From Yuukianura sp. NJ FZ-2021 (lineage: Eukaryota): a DNA stretch of 64,000 nucleotides. The stretch covers positions 10,106,001 through 10,170,000 of the forward strand of contig CM102290.1 in the NCBI GenBank assembly GCA_046563655.1, in the 5' to 3' direction. The position numbers and the translations under genes are program-made. Positions 35,801 through 49,000 of this stretch are shown here, in pieces (position 1 is the first letter of the stretch; every line of letters starts with the position of its first letter). The notes beneath the pieces were generated by a model. It was not told where the DNA came from. It was given only the letters and a program-made list of their open reading frames with translations, and made no database searches.

Positions 35801-38800
35801 TATTTAAAAAGAGTGATTTTCCTACTAAACTTTTAACTTTTTGGAATTTCGAATTATGTTATTTAAAAAGAGTGATTTTCCTACTAAACTTTTAACTTTT
35901 TGGAATTTCGAATTATGTTATTTAAAAAGAGTGATTTTCCTACTAAACTTTTAACTTTTTGGAATTTCGAATTATGTTATTTAAAAAGAGTGATTTTCCT
36001 ACTAAACTTTTAACTTTTTGGAATTTCGAATTATGTTATTTAAAAAGAGTGATTTTCCTACTAAACTTTTAACTTTTTGGAATTTCGAATTATGTTATTT
36101 AAAAAGAGTGATTTTCCTACTAAACTTTTAACTTTTTGGAATTTCGAATTATGTTATTTAAAAAGAGTGATTTTCCTACTAAACTTTTAACTTTTTGGAA
36201 TTTCGAATTATGTTATTTAAAAAGAGTGATTTTCCTACTAAACTTTTAACTTTTTGGAATTTCGAATTATGTTATTTAAAAAGAGTGATTTTCCTACTAA
36301 ACTTTTAACTTTTTGGAATTTCGAATTATGTTATTTAAAAAGAGTGATTTTCCTACTAAACTTTTAACTTTTTGGAATTTCGAATTATGTTATTTAAAAA
36401 GAGTGATTTTCCTACTAAACTTTTAACTTTTTGGAATTTCGAATTATGTTATTTAAAAAGAGTGATTTTCCTACTAAACTTTTAACTTTTTGGAATTTCG
36501 AATTATGTTATTTAAAAAGAGTGATTTTCCTACTAAACTTTTAACTTTTTGGAATTTCGAATTATGTTATTTAAAAAGAGTGATTTTCCTACTAAACTTT
36601 TAACTTTTTGGAATTTCGAATTATGTTATTTAAAAAGAGTGATTTTCCTACTAAACTTTTAACTTTTTGGAATTTCGAATTATGTTATTTAAAAAGAGTG
36701 ATTTTCCTACTAAACTTTTAACTTTTTGGAATTTCGAATTATGTTATTTAAAAAGAGTGATTTTCCTACTAAACTTTTAACTTTTTGGAATTTCGAATTA
36801 TGTTATTTAAAAAGAGTGATTTTCCTACTAAACTTTTAACTTTTTGGAATTTCGAATTATGTTATTTAAAAAGAGTGATTTTCCTACTAAACTTTTAACT
36901 TTTTGGAATTTCGAATTATGTTATTTAAAAAGAGTGATTTTCCTACTAAACTTTTAACTTTTTGGAATTTCGAATTATGTTATTTAAAAAGAGTGATTTT
37001 CCTACTAAACTTTTAACTTTTTGGAATTTCGAATTATGTTATTTAAAAAGAGTGATTTTCCTACTAAACTTTTAACTTTTTGGAATTTCGAATTATGTTA
37101 TTTAAAAAGAGTGATTTTCCTACTAAACTTTTAACTTTTTGGAATTTCGAATTATGTTATTTAAAAAGAGTGATTTTCCTACTAAACTTTTAACTTTTTG
37201 GAATTTCGAATTATGTTATTTAAAAAGAGTGATTTTCCTACTAAACTTTTAACTTTTTGGAATTTCGAATTATGTTATTTAAAAAGAGTGATTTTCCTAC
37301 TAAACTTTTAACTTTTTGGAATTTCGAATTATGTTATTTAAAAAGAGTGATTTTCCTACTAAACTTTTAACTTTTTGGAATTTCGAATTATGTTATTTAA
37401 AAAGAGTGATTTTCCTACTAAACTTTTAACTTTTTGGAATTTCGAATTATGTTATTTAAAAAGAGTGATTTTCCTACTAAACTTTTAACTTTTTGGAATT
37501 TCGAATTATGTTATTTAAAAAGAGTGATTTTCCTACTAAACTTTTAACTTTTTGGAATTTCGAATTATGTTATTTAAAAAGAGTGATTTTCCTACTAAAC
37601 TTTTAACTTTTTGGAATTTCGAATTATGTTATTTAAAAAGAGTGATTTTCCTACTAAACTTTTAACTTTTTGGAATTTCGAATTATGTTATTTAAAAAGA
37701 GTGATTTTCCTACTAAACTTTTAACTTTTTGGAATTTCGAATTATGTTATTTAAAAAGAGTGATTTTCCTACTAAACTTTTAACTTTTTGGAATTTCGAA
37801 TTATGTTATTTAAAAAGAGTGATTTTCCTACTAAACTTTTAACTTTTTGGAATTTCGAATTNNNNNNNNNNNNNNNNNNNNNNNNNNNNNNNNNNNNNNN
37901 NNNNNNNNNNNNNNNNNNNNNNNNNNNNNNNNNNNNNNNNNNNNNNNNNNNNNNNNNNNNNATTTCGAATTATGTTATTTAAAAAGAGTGATTTTCCTAC
38001 TAAACTTTTAACTTTTTGGAATTTCGAATTATGTTATTTAAAAAGAGTGATTTTCCTACTAAACTTTTAACTTTTTGGAATTTCGAATTATGTTATTTAA
38101 AAAGAGTGATTTTCCTACTAAACTTTTAACTTTTTGGAATTTCGAATTATGTTATTTAAAAAGAGTGATTTTCCTACTAAACTTTTAACTTTTTGGAATT
38201 TCGAATTATGTTATTTAAAAAGAGTGATTTTCCTACTAAACTTTTAACTTTTTGGAATTTCGAATTATGTTATTTAAAAAGAGTGATTTTCCTACTAAAC
38301 TTTTAACTTTTTGGAATTTCGAATTATGTTATTTAAAAAGAGTGATTTTCCTACTAAACTTTTAACTTTTTGGAATTTCGAATTATGTTATTTAAAAAGA
38401 GTGATTTTCCTACTAAACTTTTAACTTTTTGGAATTTCGAATTATGTTATTTAAAAAGAGTGATTTTCCTACTAAACTTTTAACTTGTGGAATTTCGAAT
38501 TATGTTATTTAAAAAGAGTGATTTTCCTACTAAACTTTTAACTTGTGGAATTTCGAATTATGTTATTTAAAAAGAGTGATTTTCCTACTAAACTTTTAAC
38601 TTTGTGGAATTTGGAATTATGTTATTTAAAAAGAGTGAAAAAAAAACTTTTAACTTTTTGGAATTTTTGGGAGACTGAATTCTACCGTATTATACATCTA
38701 ATTGTATAATACATATTTTACATCCTGAATGTATTTAGCATTGGGACATCCGGAAAACTACGGGCATTATGCCAAGCCTTATACGTTGTATTATACGAAT

Positions 38801-39380
38801 TATACGAACTACGTGCACTGCTTTAACATACCAAAGATATTAGTAAGGGTAACATGAACATGTCGTGTTAAAAGCTAATTGATCTAAAATATATTTCAGT
38901 TAAAATTACACTAATGTGTTTAAGGAATTTGTTTCATATGAATTATTTCATTTAATTGAACATTGTATTAATTCAGGTTATAATGAGAAATTAATGCATT
39001 GCAACGTTGCCGATTTGCTCCTTGGTTTTAATTCTCGGGTCGCACCAGGATGCGGCCCGGCCTACCCTAGCTGCGATCTGCTCGACTTCCCTTCACTCTT
39101 TTGAGAATATCTCAGAAACTGATTAAGCAATCGAAACCTAAATTACTGATTAAGAAACTAGACAAAATTTCCTAAATCGTGGTACCCTGCTTATGCAAAA
39201 GAAATGCCTCAAACAGCAAAAATTCGGGGTTTGAAAACGGTTTTTTGAATAGCTTTGTAACCGGTCCGAAGGGCAAGAAACCACACGGTGAAAATTTTTA
39301 AAAAAGTAATTTTCTTTCAATTAAACTAAAGAACTCAAACTTTCACCGGTGGGAAATACGTCCTAAACACGAAAAACAGC

Positions 39381-39526
39381 AAAGTCGCTTCCACTTGCGA
39401 CTTTTCCTAACCTGCTTGCGACCAGGTCGCTGTCAGCTGCGACTAGTCGCTGTGGGAGTGGGAAGCGACTTTTCGATTTGCGACTCGGTCGCGCCAGGAT
39501 GCGAAAGTGCCACAGTGTATTAAGCC
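39381..39526. mobile_element. Possible PIF/Harbinger-like MITE relic (only one end visible)
   Basis: Imperfect inverted repeat AAAGTCGCTTCC...GGAAGCGACTTT with clustered GCGAC/GTCGC motifs, ending GTGTATTAAGCC. No partner TIR or TSD found. Confidence 0.3.
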
Positions 39527-39973
39527 ACTAGACACTGGACGTTTAAGCATACAGCACAACACTGGTCATTTCATTTCCCCGTAAAAAGCTATAGCAAATG
39601 AATTTGAAACGAAAACAACTAACACTCGAGATATAGCTATGTAACTGCTACTCTACTGATTTCGCGTACAATCACAATGCTAAAGCACAATTCTATGACG
39701 GAATGCCTGTAATTAAGATGTCTGGATTCAATGGATTCCTAAAGCTTCAGCAATATACCTTGAAAAACTGACCTAAACCATTTTAATATCGTCAATTGAA
39801 TAAAATTAGAGGCTCTTAAAATATTCTTACAATAAATATTAAAGAAACTACGAACTGCAGACCTGTAAAAAAGCGAGGAGAAGGAATGGGACTTACAAAA
39901 GTAGAAATGGAAGGGTAAGCATCTTAATCCACTTCAAACGTGTTTAAGAATCTCCTCACGTCCCTTGGCAAAA

Positions 39974-41765
39974 CTAATCCGAAGATGATGATGATGACGA
40001 CCTTTCATAGCGGCGACTCCGAGTACTAGGTAGTGGTGGTAGTGGTGACCGTCGACTACGAGCTGCCGGAGAGCGAGTACGACGTCTCTCACGCACTGGT
40101 GACCGTCGATGAACAGGAGACCGTGGATTACGAATTGGAGAACGGAGTGGCGACCAAGCTGTAGACATTGTAAAGATATTGGTTACTTTCATTTCCCACT
40201 ATCAACTACCCCGGAATCAGTTAGAAAAATTAATCGCTTGTAAAAATGCTCTAAAGGTTATGTACTTACCACGACCTCTGTCGGCGTAACCACGACGGCG
40301 TGATAAGATGGGAATGTAGTTTCTATTGTAACTTGGCCGTATGGCTTGTCTTCCTGATGTTAGGCTACTCACTGGCCCAGCTACAACTTCCTAAAAATAA
40401 ATACAGTTGGCATCTTAGCAAATTGATTATCAGTTAACTGCAAAAATTGCAATCAAAGTCAATTCGGCCGAACCCGCCCATCAATTTGTCCGCAATCCAT
40501 GTAGCGAATAGCTGTTTCCGCTTCTTCTGCGCTTTCGAAATCAATTTGAGCATAATTTGTTCCAGGCGAAAACGAATCGGAATTCAATATTAGGTTCTGA
40601 AATGGTTTAGGTATTTACTACACAGTGAAGTTAATAATTCAATTAAAGATTTTGAAATACTTTGTAGCGAGAAATAGATGCATACCTTGATGGTACCAAA
40701 GACTCCAAAAATCTCCATAAGGTGATCCTTGTTTACATTTCGGCTCAGCTTTGACACATGAACTTTGAACCCCTTCACTGGAGTAGGACTGCGCTTGATA
40801 ACTGAAAAGTAGTTCCATTGGTGAAGTTAATTACTTAATTAACTTACTTAATTATGGTATAGTAAAAGTCATGAAACAATTACGAACTTCTTTTTGGAGA
40901 TTTCGAAGATCGACGACGTGGTGATTTTGAGCGGGATTTACTTTTAGAACGTGCACGATCCTTCCCACGACTCGGCGCGGGAGACTTTTTCTTTCGACTG
41001 GGTGAAGATTCCTTGTCCTTCTTCACAGCGGCAGCAGGAGGAGGAGACGTACGATCACTTTCTTTCTTCGCCTTCGGTGAACGATCCTTCTTGCTGATTC
41101 GAACAGGTGAACGTTCCTTTTCCTTCTTCGATCGAGATGGCGACTGTTCTTTCGCCTTGTTCTTGTCCTTCTTGTTCCGTACAGGTGATCGTTCCTTCTT
41201 CAGTGACGACGTAGCAGTTTCAGAAACCTTTGTCTTGACGGGAGATTTGGCATGGCCTGAACGTTTTGGGGCAGGAGATAGCGATCGTTTACGTCCCTTT
41301 GATTTTGCTGGACTTTGCCGTTTTCCTTTGGAAGCCATTTTCTTAGCCTTCTCCTTCATTTCTGAACGTCGAGGCTCTGGACTCTCAGATGATGATGAAC
41401 TCGAGGAGGAAGATGAAGATGACGACGACGAGGAATCCATCATCTCTGTGCTAGAGCTCGAGTCCGAACTTGATGATGATGAACTCGATGAACTAGAAGC
41501 ATGTCGTTTCCGTTTTTCACCCCTCCCCTTCGTAGTGGCCCTGAATAAATACAAAAAAAAAACGATAGTAATAGTCAAGCCATTGTTATTTTTGCCACCA
41601 AATACTATTACATCAAATGTTTGTTAAGACCGGAATGGCATACAGGAAGTAAATTATTCAAATACTGTACAAAACGCATTTCAAAAAACTACTACAGATA
41701 CCGAAGACTTAAAGTGAAAGGGATTCACGAGATGACAACGACAAAATCAAAGGATAAACTTACAT
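39974..41765 (-). CDS. RNPS1: RNA-binding protein with serine-rich domain 1 (EJC/ASAP component)
   Basis: Poly-Ser and RS/K-rich N-terminus, RRM (KVHVSKLSRNVNKDHLMEIFGVFGTIK...YAQIDFESAEEAETAIRYMDCGQIDGREV) and an RSP-rich tail ending RSSSSSSSD*. Exons ~41765-41764, 41540-40888, 40801-40687, 40596-40474, 40390-40270 and 40159-39974. Confidence 0.92.
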
Positions 41766-42715
41766 GATTCCGAGTACCAATTAATTTCCAGTTGTTTAAA
41801 CTAGTATAAAGCATGTACAATGATCAATTAATTCATTCACCAAAGGGATTCAAAATAACACTGAGAAAATAACCACAATAACAACTAAAAATTAATAAAT
41901 TCCCGGTGGAGGGATGATGATGGGAGAAAAAGCAATTCTAAGCTAACCTAATCAGCTGCCTACGTGCAGCCAGGTGTCGGCTCTTTCGGATCTACACAGA
42001 CAAACAAAACAAGACGACGACATCAAAGTATAGGAAAGTTTTTCGGGAAACACCAGAAAACGGACACTACACTGTAAAACAAAAAGTACGCAATATAATC
42101 AGTGTTCCGATGTGCTTTAAAGCAAATGCTTTTGTTTCTTTGATTTTTTAGATTTACAAGGAAAAGAAGCAAACATAGGTTTTCTCACTTTCTGTGGTTC
42201 TTAATTATTTTTTTTTTAAATATTAATTCATTAATTTAACAATAAAGCGAACTTTTTCTAAGTAAAACTGAGTTTTGAATCAGTATAATTAAATGAGTAA
42301 ATAATTATCCAATGCCTAACGTGCATCAATGCAGTTCTAGGTAACCTGTGAATGTATCTAAAACGTATAAAAAATATGCAAAACATAACAAAATTAAACA
42401 ACAAAGCAGGAATAGGAAAATAATGTTTCTAAGATTCCGTTGAACTTTTGTTTTCAATGCCGACATCTGACACCTTCCTGCCTCGTAATTCCGGCGGGAA
42501 AGTCCACAATTTAAAATTCTGGTGTCTGCCTGTCCTGTCAAGACACAAGAAAGAAGCACAAGAAGTTGCATTCTCCGTCTCCAGCATCTTTTGTCTGTCA
42601 TCTGTTCACCTTATCCGTTCACTTTATCGTCTAGAAATTAATCGGTTTACGTAAATTTATAATACGCTTATTGATAGTACACAAGTCTATAAACTTACGG
42701 TCAGCACCTGGCATC

Positions 42716-43104
42716 ATGGTAAGCGATTCACCATTAAATAATTAGTATTCGTATGCGCTAATTCGGCTTAGTAAAAAGTTTACAACTAAAATTAAGTACC
42801 TAGCAACTTACTTAGTCAGATTTTGTAAAGCGTTGACATGACTTGACCTTTCCAGGCATCGGCAGCCAAGTTGGAAGAGATGGCTCGACACTTTTCACCA
42901 GTGACTCCGTCCACCTTTCCCCATCTGACACTTGTCCTTCTGGGTTTCGGAATCTTCTTCACTGGCTGGTTCTTTGTGTACGAAGTGACGACGACCAAGG
43001 AAACACGAGCCGTGTTCAAGGAACTGATCATTGCCACTGTTGGAGCCTTCTTCATGGGATTCGGTATTCTGTTTCTTCTCCTCTGGGTCGGCATCTACGT
43101 CTAA
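42716..43104 (+). CDS. TMEM258: TMEM258/Kuduk (oligosaccharyltransferase small subunit, UPF0197)
   Basis: ATG at 42716-42718 followed by donor GTAAGC, then acceptor TCCAG at 42855. Product: [46 protein letters not shown]...[17 protein letters not shown]. Confidence 0.95.
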
Positions 43105-43470
43105 ACAGACCTTCCACGTCACCACCATTCCATTAATTACATAACAGCGATTGTTATAGCACTCAAATTGTCATCACTGCACAGAAATACATCACTTTCA
43201 TTCAGTTCTCGTGAAATCTCTGTTGAACAACCCACTTTCTTGCTCATTCTCAGTCAGAACTCGAACTATACAACTGCATTTTTGAACTATTTGAATTTCT
43301 GTAGCGCGAAATCTTTTTATTTTTAATTTTGGTTTATTTTGAATTTTTGAAGAATGAGAATGGTATGAAGAATTGAAAGATTAGATTCGATTTGAACGAG
43401 AGGCAAAGAGTGTTTTCGTTCATTAAATTACGTAATCAGTTAATTATCAATTAGTAATTCGGTTTGGTAA

Positions 43471-44772
43471 ATGTTTGCACAGGCTACTTGTAAGTTTAGC
43501 AAGGTTGTGTGCCCGTTGTTTGGCGAGGTAGGGTCTGCTGCTCGTTTCTTTCTAAACAATGGCCAAGTTGTACTGGGTGCTGGAGTACCGGTTCGATTTC
43601 GATACCGTGACATTACCGTACCAAAGCCTGGGAACCACAATTACTTTCGAAGAGTTGTCCACTATCCAGAAAAATATACAATCAAGCCAGTACCCACAAC
43701 AAACCTTGCTGGAAGGGATCCTATCACTGGTAGTGTCATAATTTGTCCATTTCAATTACAAAACTTGCTTTGGATTTACTAGATCTGTGATTTATTATAA
43801 CACCAATTGCTAATTCTACTTCTTTTTTAGGCCGAGTTGTCGTAGGTACTCTCGGAGGAGGTCTCAAACACCCATATTTGTGGACTGATTACAAACGAAT
43901 TGTTCCGCCAGGAAGTCCACCCTTGGTTGAAAAGGTACCTAGCATCACTGCCTTTATTTTCGAATATATCCGCCCAAGTTTTTTCTAAACGTTCTATTGT
44001 GATTTTTCTGTAGGTAATTGATGTTATTCCGGAACCAAATCGAAGTGCTCATGTCGCCCTGGTTGGACATGCCGATCAACTCCGTTACATCATAGCCACG
44101 GAGAACATGAAACGGGGAGATATCATCAAGACTTCATCCGAACTCACTCGTATTGCCGGTACGTTATACTTTTTACCACGAGATTGATCCAGGTTTCATA
44201 CGAACAATCAGAAACATAAAACAAAAGTTGTTTTGGTTTTTAGTGAGAGCCAATGAAGGAGATGCTTATCCAATTGGATCTCTACCTCTTGGAACCATCG
44301 TGTGCTGCCTCGAGTATCGTCCTGGTGCTGGCGGGTACTTTGCCAGAGGAGCAGGAACTTTCTGTACCATTATTCGGAGACAGGGAAAACAAATCATTGT
44401 TCAAATACCTACAAAGAGAGAAGTGGCTCTTGATCCCACTTGTGTCGCAGTCGTTGGTACGTTTACTCCCTCCTAAACTACTAATTAAGATTTACCTTAG
44501 CAGTTAGCTCAAAGTTCATTAACGTTTCGGTGGTACTCACAATTCCAGGTCGCGTTTCAAATGCAATTCACAGCAGCATTCCCATTGGATGTGCCAGTAA
44601 CCTTCGTCATCTTGGCTATCGACCTCGGTCTGGTCTCTGGCAACGGAAAAGTGGACGACACGGAAGGAAGCTCCGACGACTGCCACCGGTCATGGACATG
44701 TCCATTCTCCGCCCTAAAAAACTACCGATTCTCAAACTCACTGCAGATCATTTCCCGTTTCACTTATCTTAG
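43471..44772 (+). CDS. mRpL2: Mitochondrial ribosomal protein L2 (uL2m)
   Basis: Exons ~43471-43728, 43831-43933, 44013-44158, 44243-44456 and 44549-44772. Motifs: LAGRDPITGRVV, EPNRSAHVALV, IIATENMKRGD, EGDAYPIGSLPLGT, GRVSN and GYRPRSGLWQRKSGRHGRK. Confidence 0.95.
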
Positions 44773-46078
44773 ATCAGTCAATCATAGAGTAATTCGATTA
44801 ATTGTTAGTTTAGGCTAACAATTAATCTAACATAGACTAAGATAATCGATGTTATACAGAATAAACTTTAAAGTTAACCAATACAACCAATTAGACATAT
44901 TTAAATTTTTAATTTCGGGATTCTTTTTTTACGAGTTTCACGACAACTTAATTTTAACACTTTGAGTAACTCTTAGTTAAGTATATTTTAATTCTGGAAT
45001 GGATTTATCGTAAAGTTCAAAATTTTGGCCTTACTGTTTTTTTTTTTTTTTTTTAGATTTTTGAATTTTTTTGGTTAAGCTAGGTTACCTTTTGATTTTT
45101 ACCAAACTTGGAATGAATACTGAAAAATTGAGGGTATTAGAATAACCTTGTATAATAACCATTTGTTCAAACACTTTTTTAGGAACTCCATAATTTCTAA
45201 ACTAAACAATTTCAGGCTTACATCTGCCCATATACGCCACACCGACGACATTTTGTTTTTCATGCTCGCTTTTTTTTTAAACTTCCCCCGCTTTTTTAAA
45301 GGCACCAGGTTAGCACATTGGGTGGGACTCGTTGAAAACTTTTTTTCCCCGTTTTTTAAATAACATTTAAACACTGATAGTGCAAAATTCAACACTTGGT
45401 TTGTCTATAAGGATCAATGAAGTTGTTTTTGCTGGCCAAAATTGGAATTCTATTTTTACGTTTTTGCAACAAAAAAAAAACTGAAATTCACCGTGGCCTT
45501 TTCGTTATTTTCCATTTTTTTTTGTGTTGGAGGGTCAACTGTGAAAAATTGGTTGGCGTCGTGTAAAGCACTTTTTCGCTGAATTCTCTTTACGATTAGA
45601 GGATCGTGGCCCCTACGTTTAAACTTCTACTAATCTCTAACCTAAAGCAATCCTACGCTTATCCTAACTATCCCAAAGACTCCTAAATACTAATGGAGTC
45701 ATTCTATCCATTATTAACGCTATTCTTTTCTAAAGTTAATGAGAGCAAAAAAAAAATCCGATTTTGAGAAATAATGCACTGCTTCCGTCGACTGTTGTAG
45801 AAATGGCTTTGGAATGAATTGATCAGAGGGGAGAGGTGACTCCTAATGGTCAGGGGGCAATGACCTTGAAGTCAAACTCTAAATCCGATACGGAGGAAGG
45901 ATTTTGTTTCTTGTTGATGATTCAATTTGGTTCGCAGTAGTTGATTTGGTCCCAGAATTGACCCAGTTGGGCTCCAGGAGTCAATCGGAGTCGAGTTTCC
46001 GAGTTGTGGTTAAAGAGATTTTGAATTTTGGCGGATTCTGGTGAGTTCATGCGCAGTAATAGAAGCGTCGAGGGTGGT

Positions 46079-49000
46079 TCAGTCCGTTTTGAAGAGTCCA
46101 GAGAAGATTCCCTTACGCTCAGGCATTTGAGCCATGAGCATTGGAACTTGGTTCTTATGAGTAATTTGAATCTAGAAAGAAACACACGAATCTCACGAGA
46201 AAGGGTTCAATTAATCAAGACTCAAGTAATTGCAGTCAATTAGTCAAGGAGTCAATTACCGTCGAGGGCGGTTGCATCCAGGGCTCTCCATCGATCTGCA
46301 TTGGGAATCTCTTCTTCGTTCGAATGGTTACGGACGAGCACTGAGCCAAGCGTCTTCCAGAGGCCCTCAATCCAGTCTTTACTTGACCCATGTGTAGACA
46401 GTTCTCCAGACCAATCACCTCGATCAACTTGTCCCCGATGTCTAAGAATCACTCAAGGTTAGTCATACATTTAAGTTACGCGCATGCCCAAAGTTAGTTT
46501 ATTCTTTGCAGTTAGTTGACTTGTGACCTTACCTTGGATGGCCGTGGAAAGGTCATTGATAGACGACGTTGACATTTCCTTGTCTTGGTGTTTCTTGGGT
46601 CCTCGTTTGGCTCTTTTCCTGGACAACTGATCTCCCCACATATTGGTCCCCCCATGAGTGTATGGAATGTTCAAAAAGGCAAGGCCTTGTAGTGACGGTC
46701 CTTGTGACAACTCCAGTGACACTCCGTCACACTGCATTTTCCAAAATTTTGAAACGTTAAGACTCTAAAATATTCCAAAAACAAAAAGTTTCACTCTCAC
46801 TAACCTCTACTTCAATTTCCTGGTGGAGATTTTTGCACGACGCTGCAAACTGCTCTGTCGTTCCGAATTCAAAGTACCACATTTTGTTCCGCATTCGAGA
46901 GTTGAATTTGTGCGGATTCTTCTCTCGTTCCATGTGAAACTTGAAACAAATAGCAGCGTCCTGCAGAGGAAGGAAATGGACATCATTACAACAAATGTCG
47001 AAAGTTAAAATCCATTTTGATACTATTCTATTATTATTGTTATAATTATTGTAAATAAAGTTATTTACGCCACGCCTTACCACCCCAATGGAAAAGTAGT
47101 TGTTGACAATGTTGTACGGTATCGGATCTCCAGGCACATCCGTTTCCCCATCCTCCGAAACACTAATTTGCCATCGGTCCATCATTACTGTACTTGCCTT
47201 GTCAATTTTCTGTAATTCCAAGTGCACCGTTATTACAATTACTTCAGTGCCAATCAGGCGATTTATAATTAATTATAAACTAAAAATACAATTACCAAAA
47301 TAATTAATCAATTGCCAATTAAATTACCTTGAGTATTTTCGCAATAGTCTCCCCTTCATAGCCCCCGCCCCACCTCAGACACCGAGCCAAATCATTTCCT
47401 GTTCCCAATGGTAGTACGCCTACACTCGGCTGCTTTACAAATTGCACTTTGTCTGAAATTAAATTCAAAAACATCAAATTTCGTAAATAAGTTCGAAATA
47501 GTAGTTTCTCAAAAATTCGAAAACCGTCAGTTACCCATAGTGTCCAGTACCCAGCCCACTGTTCCATCTCCACCACAGCAAATAATGCGCATGTCCACAA
47601 CGTCCTTGAACATTTGAAGAGCCGCTAGAGGACCACACGTTCCCAGATCATAAACCTACAGTGAAAGACAAATGCTAATTACAATTAAACCATACAAATT
47701 ATGTAAGTTAATTGGAAATTGGATGTCAATGACTGATTAATGTACCTGTCGTGGATTGAGAAGGTACTGAAACTTTCGATGTAGTTTTGGCCCCTGACAC
47801 CCTCCACTTTTCGGATTAATGAAAACTAGGAGAGGACGAGTATTTGGCGGGGTAGTGATTTGAAATGACATTGGACCGGAGGTGGTGCCCTGTTGGGCCA
47901 GACTTGAGTTACTTGTCGTTGTGTCCGGAGGCTAAAAAAGTCAATCATGTCACTATTAGATCAACATTAGATTCCGAAAATGATCAAATTATGTCACGTG
48001 AGTCGACTAACCGGGAATTGCTCAGTTGTTTCTGAGCGGGAGAGTCCGGAGGTTGACCTCCTGTCTCTGGAGAAGGACCTCTGTCTGTCCAGGACCACGG
48101 GACAAATGGCTGTAGGCGGGAGAATGTGAGTTCGAAATTCTCCAAGCGTGCATTCTGGTTTGATTTGAGACGAACAGGAGTTGTGGACCTGGAACGAGAA
48201 TTTAGAACAAAATTTAAACACTTTGGCGACGCACGAGGTCACGTGTAACTGTCACTAATCTCCCGCCACAATTCATCTCTGTCACCCCACAGCTCCGCCC
48301 CTCCACTTCCCTCATTCACAAAATCATAAATCTCCAATTTGTCATTCCGACACTCAAGAAGTTGATGACATTCCTCTCTGCCCAAACAACTCTTCACAAC
48401 GCCAACTTTCACACGAGTTCAAATCCCGCCTAACCTGGAATTTTTTTAAATACTGAATAATGAAACGGGCTTAACTGTCATTTGACACCAGCGACAGTGG
48501 AGCCCTGTGATTCCATTTGTACTTTTTATCGTCTTTTTGCACTTTGAGCACTTCCCGTGACAATTCCCTTCGACCCAGTGATGTGTCATGGCCTAAACGT
48601 TCAAATCACAAACTCAAATTAAAAATTTTAAAAACAAAAACAACTTTAACAAAACTGTTTCAAAAGTAGAAAAATCTTGAGTCAGAATTAAAAGAAGTCG
48701 TACCTGAGAGCTCTTTTTAGACTTTACATATGTGGCTATACAGGAGGACGGGGCTCTTTGGACACATCTCTCGTGTACAGTATACTTGCAGACTACGAAA
48801 TAAGTAAAAAACCAAATCAACTCGAAAAGGTCAAAGGTCAAACAACATGGAAAAAAAAGATTAAAACTTACAGACGCAACAAAGCCCCTTTTTGCCCAAT
48901 CCCACAAGCATGTTGAGGCAGAGATTACAGTAGGCAGAGCGGTTGAAGTGTTTCAACCGCCAAAAGTGATTCCCATCCTCCTTCACGTTCTAAAAAAAAA

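Larger units (their letters stand above)
29500..38640. repeat. 59-bp tandem satellite, interrupted by a retroelement (31107-33160) and a 100-N assembly gap (37862-37961)
   Basis: Unit GTGATTTTCCTACTAAACTTTTAACTTTTTGGAATTTCGAATTATGTTATTTAAAAAGA. There are about 27 copies left of the insertion, about 80 up to the gap and about 11 after it. True array length is unknown. Confidence 0.99.

Noticed and set aside
37788..37982. 64-aa ORF in the ORF track
   Set aside because: Artefact of reading satellite sequence through the 100-N gap.
41013..41627. 204-aa plus-strand ORF with an acidic tract
   Set aside because: Antisense shadow of the Ser/Arg/Lys-rich RNPS1 exon.
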